64,000 nt of DNA from Thermoproteota archaeon (GTDB lineage Archaea; Thermoproteota; Thermoprotei_A; Sulfolobales; Ignisphaeraceae). Every line of letters begins with the position of its first letter. Within the stretch, counting starts at the first letter, position 1. The stretch covers positions 32,001-96,000 of the forward strand of contig JAUQPB010000002.1 of NCBI GenBank assembly GCA_030550585.1. Reading direction: 5' to 3'. Positions 21,431 through 31,716 of the stretch are shown one piece after another. The position numbers and the translations under genes are program-made. A model generated the notes under the pieces. It searched no databases and was not told the origin of the DNA. It saw only the letters and a program-made list of their open reading frames with translations.

Positions 21431-22087
21431 ATGAGCTCTTCCGTAGGTGAGCTGAGAGAACCTTTGAAAAAAGCAATTCAACTTGCCTTACAGGTAAAGA
21501 GACCTTGGAAATATGTGCAATCAATTGAGTTGATACTAACATTTAGAGGTGTTGATGTAAAAAAGCAGCAGGAGTTCAAATTTAGAGATACAGTATTTTT
21601 GCCCAAAGGAGTTGGCAAAGATATTAAAGTTTGCATTGTTACAGATGATGCTATGGTTCAGAAGGTAGTAGAGGCTGGGGCATTTATGGCAATAGGTAAA
21701 AGTGATTTATCGAAAATTGATAAAAAAGGTGCTAAAAAGATTGCAAGCAAATGTGACTGGATTTTAGTCAGATCCGATCTAATGGGCATAGCTGGTAGAG
21801 TTCTAGGTCCAGCACTTGGACCTAGAGGTAAGGCACCAATTCCGTATACTCCAACAGCCGATATAACACAGCTAATTAGTAGGTATAAGAACGCTGTTAG
21901 GCTTCATTCTAAGGAACAACCCTGGGTGGGATGTAAAATAGGTGTTGAGAAGATGTCTCTAGACGATTTAGTTGAGAACGCTCTTCATGTTTTGAACTAT
22001 GTAGAGGAAAAGATTAAAAGACCTCTATTACAAGTTGCAAAGATATATGTTAAAACAACTAGTAGCCCACCAATAGAAGTTTTCTAA
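21431..22087 (+). CDS. rpl1: 50S ribosomal protein L1
   Basis: GRVLGPALGPRGKAP, YVKTTSSP. Confidence 0.95.
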   Translation: MSSSVGELREPLKKAIQLALQVKRPWKYVQSIELILTFRGVDVKKQQEFKFRDTVFLPKGVGKDIKVCIVTDDAMVQKVVEAGAFMAIGKSDLSKIDKKGAKKIASKCDWILVRSDLMGIAGRVLGPALGPRGKAPIPYTPTADITQLISRYKNAVRLHSKEQPWVGCKIGVEKMSLDDLVENALHVLNYVEEKIKRPLLQVAKIYVKTTSSPPIEVF

Positions 22088-22101
22088 GGTGTTGAAAGCA
22101 T

Positions 22102-23187
22102 ATGAAAGCAAAATTTGCGAGAGAATTAGAAAAGATAGTAAAGGTCTATTCAAAGCAGGGAGTAGGGGAACAACATATTAGAAGATCTCTCGAGGAGAAA
22201 AGGAAGGTCGTTGAAGAAGCAAAAAAGCTTTTATCATCATATAAAAGTCTTATTATAGTGGATGCAACCAATGTCCCATCAAGATACATAATGTTCCTTA
22301 GGAAGAAATTGGAGGGTCTTGGCGTAGTTAAACTTTATAAAAACAACTTGCTCTACATAGCAATGAAAGAACTTGGTATGGCAAATGCAGATGAGATGGC
22401 GAAATACCTGCAGAATCAAAACATTGCTGTTTTTATAAATGCAAATCCATTTGAGGCTAGGTTACTGTTAGATAAGATTGCAATGCCTTGGAAAGCTAAA
22501 CCAGGCGACAAAATTGAACATGAAATTGTGGTTCCACCAATCAATACTGGTGTTAAACCAGGGCCTATGATGAGCCTCTTCAGCAAGCTTAAAATACCTA
22601 TTCAAGTTAGGGATGGTGTGATTTGGATAGCTAAAGAAGCTGTCATAGCTAGGCCAGGTGATGTCGTTACACCAGAGCTTTCATCACTATTTGATAGACT
22701 TGGTATTGAGCCAAAATTTATCAAGCCTAGTATAAAGGCTGCTTATGAAGGAGGTATTATAATACCTGGGGAAAAACTTGTTTTAGATATTGACGCCATA
22801 AGAAAGGAGTTTGCGGATGCAATCTCAAATGCAGTCAACATAGCCTCAGAGATTGTGGTTCCGGATCCAATTGTGGTAAAAGCTTCGATTTTCAAAGCAT
22901 ATTCAAGAGCGTTGAAACTTGCCGTAGAGACTGGTGTAGTAACAAAGGATACAGCAACTTTGGTGCTATCAACAGCGGTTGCAAGAGCTTATGTCTTAGC
23001 ACAAATCCTAGCATCTAAGTCTCCTGATCTTGCTCAGCAACTGCAGTTATCTATCACCATTCCACAAGCTGTTCAACAGCCAGAGGCTCAGCAAGCTTCT
23101 AAGGCTGAGGAGAAGAAAGAGGAGGAGAAGAAGGAGGCTGTTTCAGAGGAACAGCTAGCAGAAGGTTTATCAGCACTCTTTGGCTAG
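22102..23187 (+). CDS. rpl10: 50S ribosomal protein L10 (P0)
   Basis: KNNL, TGVKPGP, acidic tail EEQLAEGLSALFG. Confidence 0.95.
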   Translation: MKAKFARELEKIVKVYSKQGVGEQHIRRSLEEKRKVVEEAKKLLSSYKSLIIVDATNVPSRYIMFLRKKLEGLGVVKLYKNNLLYIAMKELGMANADEMAKYLQNQNIAVFINANPFEARLLLDKIAMPWKAKPGDKIEHEIVVPPINTGVKPGPMMSLFSKLKIPIQVRDGVIWIAKEAVIARPGDVVTPELSSLFDRLGIEPKFIKPSIKAAYEGGIIIPGEKLVLDIDAIRKEFADAISNAVNIASEIVVPDPIVVKASIFKAYSRALKLAVETGVVTKDTATLVLSTAVARAYVLAQILASKSPDLAQQLQLSITIPQAVQQPEAQQASKAEEKKEEEKKEAVSEEQLAEGLSALFG

Positions 23188-23342
23188 CTTTGGCTAATCA
23201 AAGTTATTTTACTTAAAGACATAAATGTTTGTTGCAACTTCTCACCTCTAGAATTCTCCAACATGCGATAGTATAGAGCTAAGTTGGTTGCCAGAATATT
23301 TTTGAATATCTTTATGAGGCGCATTAATTTGTATTGTTTAGA

Positions 23343-23984
23343 CTAGACCTCTATATTTGCATGCCTCTTCCTAAGCTCTTCCTCATTCTTCCCAAGTCTA
23401 TGCATGAGCTCGGCTATAACAGCATCGAGAAACACCATGGTACAATCCTCAAAAAGTGTTCCAAGAGGGGCTAGCGGCTCATGCAATCCCAGTACTTGTC
23501 TAGCAAAATAGTCTTCTACTTCACTTATCTTTGTTCTTCCAGGAACCTCAACCACGACATCAGCTATTTTTGCTAATGGAGAATCTATATAGGTCGTTAT
23601 CGCAATAACAGTTGCATTAACCTTTTTAGCAGCTTCAGCAGCTGTTATAATCAATGCCGTTCTTCCAGAGCCGGAAATAGCTACAACAACATCGCCTTTT
23701 TCGACGGGCGACACAATGGTGTCTCCTAGCACATAAACGTCATAGCCAAGGTGCTTTAGTCTCATAGCAAAGGCTCTTCCAACAAGACCGCTTCTGCCAG
23801 CGCCCATCACAAGAACTCTTTTGTTTTCTTTATAAGCCTCCTCCAAAACCTTTATGAAAGCCTCGACCTGATTTTTTTTGAGTACCGATAAGGATCCCAT
23901 CACAAAATTGGCTATCTGTAAAAAGGCTCTGTAAAACATTGGTAGAGACTCAGCTAATTCAGGATTGCTCAATATTTTCCGCAC
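23343..23984 (-). CDS. hxlB: 6-phospho-3-hexuloisomerase (SIS domain)
   Basis: [29 protein letters not shown]. Confidence 0.93.
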   Translation of the reverse strand: MRKILSNPELAESLPMFYRAFLQIANFVMGSLSVLKKNQVEAFIKVLEEAYKENKRVLVMGAGRSGLVGRAFAMRLKHLGYDVYVLGDTIVSPVEKGDVVVAISGSGRTALIITAAEAAKKVNATVIAITTYIDSPLAKIADVVVEVPGRTKISEVEDYFARQVLGLHEPLAPLGTLFEDCTMVFLDAVIAELMHRLGKNEEELRKRHANIEV

Positions 23985-24116
23985 CTGTAGCGAAACCCCA
24001 ATTTCTGGTGAATAAAATAAAAGTTTTTATAAAAAATAGACCTTAATATAAAATAAAACATCGGAATACAGCAATAAAACTCAAAAGCTTTCCGCAGTAA
24101 TATAAATTTGGGTTGG

Positions 24117-24193
24117 GCCGCCGTAGCTCAGCTCGGTAGAGCGCCGGCCTTGTAAGCCGGTGGTCGCGGGTTCAAATCCCGCCGGCGGCTCCA
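24117..24193 (+). tRNA. tRNA-Thr(UGU), encoded CCA; integration target (att core 24147-24193)
   Basis: GCCGCCG acceptor stem, CTTGTAA anticodon loop, GGTTCAAATCC T-loop. Confidence 0.96.
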
Positions 24194-24236
24194 GCAATTG
24201 AATGAACTCAACTCCTTCTAAAACACTTCTGAAATC

Positions 24237-24267
24237 ATATTGCATGTGATGGATATCGACCATGCAA
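24237..24267. promoter_or_regulatory. Left-end conserved motif ATATTGCATG-N6-ATATCG-N2-CATGCAA (candidate integrase arm/accessory site)
   Basis: Same blocks and spacing as 44355-44385; contains inverted TTGCATG/CATGCAA. Confidence 0.6.
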
Positions 24268-24387
24268 TTGCCGGAGGCATCTATAAGAGTCAATGACTTT
24301 TACACATCCTTTAAATAGAAAGAAACCTGCACCAGTATAACTACTACTAGAACGGTAGGTTTCTAGAAACCTGGTTCTTGAAAACTT

Positions 24388-24606
24388 CTAGAGCATATAG
24401 TTCTAGAAGCTACAGAACTAGGCTATGGAACATGCTGGATTGGTGCATTTGATGAAGCTGAAGTCAAGAAGATTCTGAATATACCGGATAGATACAGAGT
24501 TGTAGCATTAATAACAATAGGTATAGCTTCAGAATCACCATCACCAAGACCTCGAAAACCGCTGAAAGAGATAGTATCTCTAAACATCTTTGGCAACCCA
24601 TGGTGA
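24388..24606 (+). pseudogene. Nitroreductase, C-terminal fragment only
   Basis: LEHIVLEATELGYGTCWIGAFDEAEVKKILNIP...LITIG...RPRKPLKEIV; in-frame TGA at 24379 and no start. Confidence 0.85.
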
Positions 24607-24985
24607 TTACTCAATAAATATTGCACCAGATGATAGCGATATCTAAAGCATTTATGCTACACCTAACTCTAATCTAGCATAACGATATAGCTAAGCGTCT
24701 TTGGATAGAGATTGATGTACAGTATCCATGCTGTATAGAGTGTAATTGATTATCCAGAATCTCCTATCGAGATCCAGTAAACCAGGGTTCTAGAACTAAG
24801 TGTCTCAAGCTCTATTTGAAGTAGATCTATTGACTAGATACACCACCATCATTATCATAGGGATAGAGATACACCATTGTATCTCTATAGCGATAGATTT
24901 TTTAGCCTAGATCTATCGAGATAGACTTGGTGTAGAGTTTTGTCGAATTTTTGAGAAGCCTAAGCTCTATGTCTATGCACCACCT

Positions 24986-25795
24986 ATGATATCTCTCTTT
25001 TCAGCTATACTCTATGGTTTAGCTGCTCTTACCAACTATTTTACTGGTGAAGATCAGTACCTCTGGGAAAGTATCGTATATACGCTCTATTCTCTAGGTT
25101 TTCTAGGACTCTATGTGCTACTCTCAATTATTGCTGCATTAGAGCCTCGTCTAGAGGTCTACATGGTTGGTTTAGGTCTTGTAGCATCTATCTATGCTAT
25201 CTATCCAGCAATTGTCTTAATGGTTTTTGGCGGTATCGTGATATATGCTATAATGTTTTTCTATCTAATGGTATCTGTCACATATCACCCAAAGGTCTAT
25301 GGATACAGTAGGTTCTGGGGTATACCGAAGATTCTTCCAATCATAGTTGGTGCTCCAGTAGCTACTCGTGAGCTAGCTACAATAGTTTGGGAGATATATA
25401 ATCTACATAAGGTTCCTAACATGGAGCCACTAACAACACTAACTCTAGCGATATTGGTTCCAGTACTAATCATGTGTCTAGGAGATATACCTCCCTATAG
25501 AAGGATGGTGAAAATTCTACAGCTACTCGCTATAGCTATAGCAACTATAGCTTACCTATGGCTACTTCGCATAGAGATAGCAGGGTTCCGGATACCCCAT
25601 ATAGTGCTTCAGAAACTAGAAGAATACAGAGCTATAGATATGTTTGAGAAAGGGTTTAGAGCTATAGGGATGCTAGGTCTTTTAGCTTCAGTAGCAACAT
25701 TTGTAGAAGTATTGAAGCATAGCGCAGATGTAAAGAGCTATAAAAAGAAGAGACAAAGAGCTATAGAATCGGTAGAAGAAGTAGAGCTGGTGTAG
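24986..25795 (+). CDS. Multi-pass membrane protein of unknown function
   Basis: 269 aa with many hydrophobic segments and a charged C-tail; ends 19 nt before the CRISPR array. Confidence 0.65.
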   Translation: MISLFSAILYGLAALTNYFTGEDQYLWESIVYTLYSLGFLGLYVLLSIIAALEPRLEVYMVGLGLVASIYAIYPAIVLMVFGGIVIYAIMFFYLMVSVTYHPKVYGYSRFWGIPKILPIIVGAPVATRELATIVWEIYNLHKVPNMEPLTTLTLAILVPVLIMCLGDIPPYRRMVKILQLLAIAIATIAYLWLLRIEIAGFRIPHIVLQKLEEYRAIDMFEKGFRAIGMLGLLASVATFVEVLKHSADVKSYKKKRQRAIESVEEVELV

Positions 25796-25814
25796 CAAGA
25801 TAGAGCCACTAGAG

Positions 25815-28800
25815 CTTTCTACTCCCTTTCGGGAGTTTCTAGGTCTGTACCTAGCGCTCGGTCTCGCGTTTGGAGCATTCGACTTTCTACTCCCTTTTGG
25901 GAGTTTCTGTAAGTTCGAAATGTTTCCAGCATCAGACAAAGTGACTGTGACTTTCTACTCCCTTTTGGGAGTTTCATACTTGCTGTAGCTAAGTGCGTAG
26001 ATGTAGACAAGCTCATGACAACTTTCTACTCCCTTTTGGGAGTTTCTAGTTTACGCGTACTTAGATGCACCTGTGCAAATAAAAATCGAGACCTTTCTAC
26101 TCCCTTTTGGGAGTTTCATCTATTAAAAAACTAAAAGAGAGAATCAGACAAGAACATACCTTTCTACTCCCTTTTGGGAGTTTCCTAGCGTTAGGGTAGT
26201 CAAGGTGGTGGTGCCTCAAGTTGTTAAGCCCACTTTCTACTCCCTTTTGGGAGTTTCGCCAACGAGTTGCCAGAGGTAATCGAAGATATTTACGCCTACT
26301 GGAGGCTTTCTACTCCCTTTTGGGAGTTTCATGCATCTAATGCTGAACTCAATAGAAATAGTGCAAGAGATTTAACTATACTTTCTACTCCCTTTTGGGA
26401 GTTTCTCTGATATATGACACTCTAAGTGCAATAATTCAAGCATTTATACGCCTTTCTACTCCCTTTTGGGAGTTTCTGATGATATTGCTGTTGTTCTTGG
26501 TACATCGCTACTTGGATTGAAGCTTTCTACTCCCTTTTGGGAGTTTCCCGGACGGGGGCCCATGGCGAAGATATATATGTTTTGACCGAATCAGCATATC
26601 TATTCTTTCTACTCCCTTTTGGGAGTTTCACAATTAACAATCCCGATTTTAGTGTCTATATGCTTAGAAACAAAAACTTTCTACTCCCTTTTGGGAGTTT
26701 CATAGAGCTCTACATTGCTTCTCAATATCAGCAGAGTACTCTGTCCTTTCTACTCCCTTTTGGGAGTTTCCCAGACAAATATCATGTTATACTACGAGAT
26801 GTTGTTAATAAATTAACTTTCTACTCCCTTTTGGGAGTTTCGCTGAAATTGTGCATCCATTAGATACAGTTGAAACATTATTAACCTTTCTACTCCCTTT
26901 TGGGAGTTTCATTCAGTACAGAGGGTGGGGAGAAGGATGGAGTTGCGTGAATTCACTTTCTACTCCCTTTTGGGAGTTTCATTGTTCATACACCTCCCCC
27001 CACCCATAAACATCACCACACTATACTCCTTTCTACTCCCTTTTGGGAGTTTCCGAGTATCTTCTTGAATATGCTCAACAAGAAATCGAACGGTTCTTTC
27101 TACTCCCTTTTGGGAGTTTCCAATCCTTCACGAGCGTTCTTCAGTATATCCGTCTTTAATTCCCACTTTCTACTCCCTTTTGGGAGTTTCAAAACGGTAT
27201 GTTGTAGTACATAGCAACATCACCTACCACCCTATTCTTTCTACTCCCTTTTGGGAGTTTCGCTATTACATGCACATATACATCACAGACAATATCAGGT
27301 TATTCAGCTTTCTACTCCCTTTTGGGAGTTTCCAATAGAAAACTATTGATGATTGAATTATATTGCAGAGATACTGGTCTTTCTACTCCCTTTTGGGAGT
27401 TTCGCAGAGCGGGGTTTTTATATGTTTTTTGAATTGAATGTATATACACTTTCTACTCCCTTTTGGGAGTTTCAGTGCTGACTTTATAGCGATAACAAAA
27501 GACACTATATATGTGCAGCTTTCTACTCCCTTTTGGGAGTTTCTTATATGTAGAGACAGTATCGTTGCAGTCAATTCAGATTCAGTCTTTCTACTCCCTT
27601 TTGGGAGTTTCGAAGCCAAAGAAAACATAGAGGAAAACATACTGGTTATGAAGATAACTTTCTACTCCCTTTTGGGAGTTTCCCATCAATTGATGAATGG
27701 TATGAGTGGATGGTTGATGTATTATCAGCTTTCTACTCCCTTTTGGGAGTTTCAGCTCAACCCTATTGATGTTGAGAAATTCCTCTCTAGACTTAGACTT
27801 TCTACTCCCTTTTGGGAGTTTCGAGACATATCTAAAGCTGAAGAAAATATACATTGATCCGCCAAAGAACCTTTCTACTCCCTTTTGGGAGTTTCGAGTT
27901 TCAGAAATCGAAAGAGATCAATGTTGGTCGACCATCAAGTCCATTCGTCTTTCTACTCCCTTTTGGGAGTTTCAAAAGAACGTTGATAAAATCGATTTTT
28001 TGAGGGATTATCTCAAACATCTTTCTACTCCCTTTTGGGAGTTTCGTAACACAGACCATAAAGTCGAGACATCTAATCACCACTCTAACGGATATCTTTC
28101 TACTCCCTTTTGGGAGTTTCTATCTGTGGATGTGCTAAAGATCTACGGTGAGCTTGGTAGATACTCTTTCTACTCCCTTTTGGGAGTTTCAGATAGAATA
28201 GACTATATAACATTCTTATTAGCAGAGAAGATACAGAATCTCTTTCTACTCCCTTTTGGGAGTTTCCTAATGCTTTCTTTACCTCAACAAGAACCTCGAG
28301 TATGATATCTTTCTACTCCCTTTTGGGAGTTTCTTGATCCACCGGTCTATGTGTTGAGATACGAAAGATCCTGCTCCTTTCTACTCCCTTTTGGGAGTTT
28401 CTGTGTATTATGTTCATTATGATAGTAAGAGCGGTAAGTTGCTTTCTACTCCCTTTTGGGAGTTTCGTTGTATATGAGTTGTTCATAGTATATCCTTTTT
28501 CTGCATAGATCGCTTTCTACTCCCTTTTGGGAGTTTCTTATACAGATCCACTAGATTGATTTCTTTTGCTTTCTTTTCTCTCTTTCTACTCCCTTTTGGG
28601 AGTTTCCTATGTGTTTCAGAATCTTCTGATGCATAGAAATATAAATAGTACTCCTTTCTACTCCCTTTTGGGAGTTTCTTTGCTAGCTCTTATTCAACGA
28701 TAGAGAGATTAGCTAAGGATATAGTCTTTCTACTCCCTTTTGGGAGTTTCATCTGAAACTGAATTTGTAAATGTTGTTGAAAAATTAAAAAACGAAATCT

Positions 28801-29036
28801 TTCTACTCCCTTTTGGGAGTTTCGGAGAATAGTCCTCAAGCTTTGGGGTCTTGATAGTAAGCACGAGAAAACCTTTCTACTCCCTTTTGGGAGTTTCTAG
28901 AGAATGGAAGCTTGTTGCACTTAAAAATGAAAATGAGTTCGTTGACTTTCTACTCCCTTTTGGGAGTTTCATAGAGGGGAGAGGCTGGAGCCGGCAAGAA
29001 GAGTCAGGAGTCTTTCTACTCCCTTTTGGGAGTTTC
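25815..29036 (-). CRISPR. CRISPR array, 46 repeats / 45 spacers (manual count), no leader and no cas genes in window
   Basis: 25-bp repeat CTTTCTACTCCCTTTTGGGAGTTTC (minus strand GAAACTCCCAAAAGGGAGTAGAAAG, ending in GAAAG); spacers ~40-57 nt; only the leftmost repeat is variant, marking the trailer. Confidence 0.97.
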
Positions 29037-29445
29037 TGGTATAGCTACCTCAGGTCTAGTGTTAGCGTCATTCATAGCATGTAGGCTTAAGAAACCTCTA
29101 TCTTATGTTAGGATAGACAGAAAGATCCACGGTACACAGTCTATTGTTGAAGGTGTTGTAGAATCAAAAAACTGTTTAATAGTAGATGATGTAGCAACTA
29201 CTGGAGGATCTATAGAACATGCATATAACGCCATAAAGGAGGTTAGGGGTATGCCAACAGCAGCATTAGTGGTTGTAGATAGAGAACAAGGAGCAAGAAA
29301 GAAGATAGAGTCACTCGGTATGAAATTCTATAGCTATATTAATGTATCAAACATCTTCAAGTATCTTTATGAAAAAGGATTAATCGATACAAGAACCTAT
29401 GACGAAGTTATTAACTATATTAAGCGTTTTAGTCAAGATCTATAG
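29037..29445 (+). pseudogene. pyrE: Second pyrE, 5'-truncated and fused to the CRISPR repeat
   Basis: [11 protein letters not shown]...[16 protein letters not shown] aligns with 9866-10468 from about residue 64; first ~60 codons missing. Confidence 0.9.
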
Positions 29446-29524
29446 ACAGTGCCCAAAGAGTTCATCATTGTAGACAGAAATGTTTTATAGTTTACAGATA
29501 GTAGCATTAGATTTGGGCATAAAG

Positions 29525-30454
29525 ATGATCACATCATTTAAAAATAGAGATGTGGTATCAATACTGGACTTCACTAGGGAAGAACTCGAGACATTGTTTG
29601 AGTATGCAGATAAATTCCGCAAAGTTGAGGGAAAACTGAATCTACTAAACGGAAAGGTGGTTTCTCTCGCTTTTTTTGAACCATCTACTCGTACAAGGCT
29701 CAGTTTTGAAGTAGCAGCAAAACGTCTAGGTGCAGATGTTGTATCAATCATAGGTGAGGAAGCCTCCAGTATAGCTAAAGGCGAAAACTTGGCAGACACA
29801 ATACGTATGCTTGATGCATATTCCAATATTATAATTCTAAGACATAGATATGAAGGAGCAGCAAAATATGCTGCAGAAATAGCCGAAAACCCTGTTATCA
29901 ATGCTGGCGATGGTATTCAACATCATCCAACACAAGCTATGATCGATCTATATACAGTAAAGACACTCTTCGGATCAATCGATGGATTAGTGTATGTTGT
30001 TTTAGGGGATCTTAGATATGGAAGAGCAGCAATGTCATTCATATATGGTCTTTCTCTATATAAGCCCAAGAAGTTGTATGTAGTTGCTCCTCAACTATTA
30101 CGTATACGTAACGAAGTTCTACAAATACTGAAAGAAAGAGGTCTACCTATCGAAGAGAAAAATGATGTGAGAGAAATAATCAGTGAAGCAGATGTTCTAT
30201 ATGTTACACGTATCCAGAGAGAAAGGTTTCCAGATCCTATGGAGTACGAAAAAGTTAGAGGTTCGTATATTGTTACACTAGATCTTCTAGAGAAAGGTAA
30301 GTCTACATTAAAAGTTCTACACCCTCTACCAAAAGTAGATGAAATAGACCATAAAGTTGATACATCAAGATATGCAGCCTACTATCTTCAAGCTAGATTA
30401 GGTGTACCAGTAAGAATGTCTTTATTATCCCTAGTTTCTGGTGTAGAGATATGA
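29525..30454 (+). CDS. pyrB: Aspartate carbamoyltransferase catalytic subunit (second copy)
   Basis: [20 protein letters not shown]; collinear with copy 1. Confidence 0.96.
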   Translation: MITSFKNRDVVSILDFTREELETLFEYADKFRKVEGKLNLLNGKVVSLAFFEPSTRTRLSFEVAAKRLGADVVSIIGEEASSIAKGENLADTIRMLDAYSNIIILRHRYEGAAKYAAEIAENPVINAGDGIQHHPTQAMIDLYTVKTLFGSIDGLVYVVLGDLRYGRAAMSFIYGLSLYKPKKLYVVAPQLLRIRNEVLQILKERGLPIEEKNDVREIISEADVLYVTRIQRERFPDPMEYEKVRGSYIVTLDLLEKGKSTLKVLHPLPKVDEIDHKVDTSRYAAYYLQARLGVPVRMSLLSLVSGVEI

Positions 30455-30933
30455 GTTCAGAAAACATACACACGTTGGTGGTTCCAAAAATACTGAATGG
30501 AACTGTCATCGATCATATACCAGCAGGTAGAGCTCTAGACATACTAAAGGTATTGAATATAACTGGAGGAGAAGGCTGGAGAATAGCGGTACTATTGAAT
30601 GTTGAGAGCAAGAAGTTAGGTAGAAAAGATATAATAAAAATAGAGCGTAGAAAATTAACTTCAGCAGAAGTAAACGTCATAGCACTCATAGCTCCTACAG
30701 CAACTATAAACATTATCGAAAATTTTGTTGTAGTCGAGAAGTTTAAGGTAAATGTGCCAGAGGTTATAGAGGGTGTAATTAGATGTCCGAATCCTACATG
30801 TATATCGAATAAAGAACGAGAACCAGTAAAGTCTAGGTTTAGAACATTATCAAAGGATCAGCTTATATTTCGTTGCGAATATTGTTCAACCATTGTAACT
30901 AGAGATGATATACTAAAGCTTATCATAAGATGA
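30451..30933 (+). CDS. pyrI: Aspartate carbamoyltransferase regulatory subunit (second copy)
   Basis: [21 protein letters not shown]. Confidence 0.95.
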   Translation: MSSENIHTLVVPKILNGTVIDHIPAGRALDILKVLNITGGEGWRIAVLLNVESKKLGRKDIIKIERRKLTSAEVNVIALIAPTATINIIENFVVVEKFKVNVPEVIEGVIRCPNPTCISNKEREPVKSRFRTLSKDQLIFRCEYCSTIVTRDDILKLIIR

Positions 30934-31716
30934 ATGTTATGTCTATTAAACCTGCCAAAATATTAAGAATAGATAGAATAGCTGAAAATACGTATCTCTT
31001 AGCTGTAGAATTATTTACGCATATGGACAATATTTCTCCGTTCAATTTTTATGGTTTGGGTACCTCGCGTAGATGAAATACCCTTAAGTATAGCATTTTT
31101 GGATAACAACATTATATATTTTCTATTCAAAGTTAAAGGTCTAGGTACAGAAACACTCTCTAAAATGTGTAAAGGTGAGATAGTAGGTTTAAAGGGGCCT
31201 CTAGGTAGAGGTTTTATCGTTGAAGACTATACGAAAAGTGTACTAGTGATAGCTGGAGGTATAGGTATAGCTCCCATCCCTTTCTTCATATATAGGTCAA
31301 AATACAAGAAGCTCGATGTTGTATGGGGAGTTAAACGAAGAGAAGAACTTTTTGATTTAAATATATTTAATCAAGATATTGGAGATAGGTATAGATTATT
31401 TATGGCAACAGAAGACTGTAGCTATGGTTTTTGTGGAACAGCTTTAGAGAGGCTAAAGAATATTCCACTAGAAGATTATGACATCATATTAGCAGTAGGA
31501 CCACAACCTATGTTGAAAGGTGTATGCGAATACATAAGAAACACTAACCTAGAAGCATATGTAGCTCTTGAAACAATGGTTAAATGCGGTATAGGTCTAT
31601 GTGGTAGTTGCTTCATTAGATCATCAAACAAGCTTCTCTGTATAGATGGACCAGTATTTAGATGTGATGAGGTGATACAGCATCTTGGAAAGACTAATAA
31701 TAGCAAAAACATATGA
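30930..31716 (+). pseudogene. pyrK: pyrK second copy with a frameshift in the T-run at 31046-31050
   Basis: ATG 30930 frame gives [11 protein letters not shown]...SPFNF; the continuation [13 protein letters not shown] is in another frame (31051); copy 1 reads [14 protein letters not shown]. Confidence 0.8.

Noticed and set aside
24081-24293. Related small ORFs containing EPPAGFEPATTGLQG (also 41801-41995 and 44268-44453)
   Set aside because: They are antisense translations of tRNA-Thr and its att copies, not a protein family or a split integrase N-terminus.
25688-29084. ORF-track entries inside the CRISPR array (e.g. 27438-27857, 27766-28305)
   Set aside because: Recurring FLLPFGSF / LSTPFWEF / KLPKGSRK peptides are just the repeat translated in different frames.
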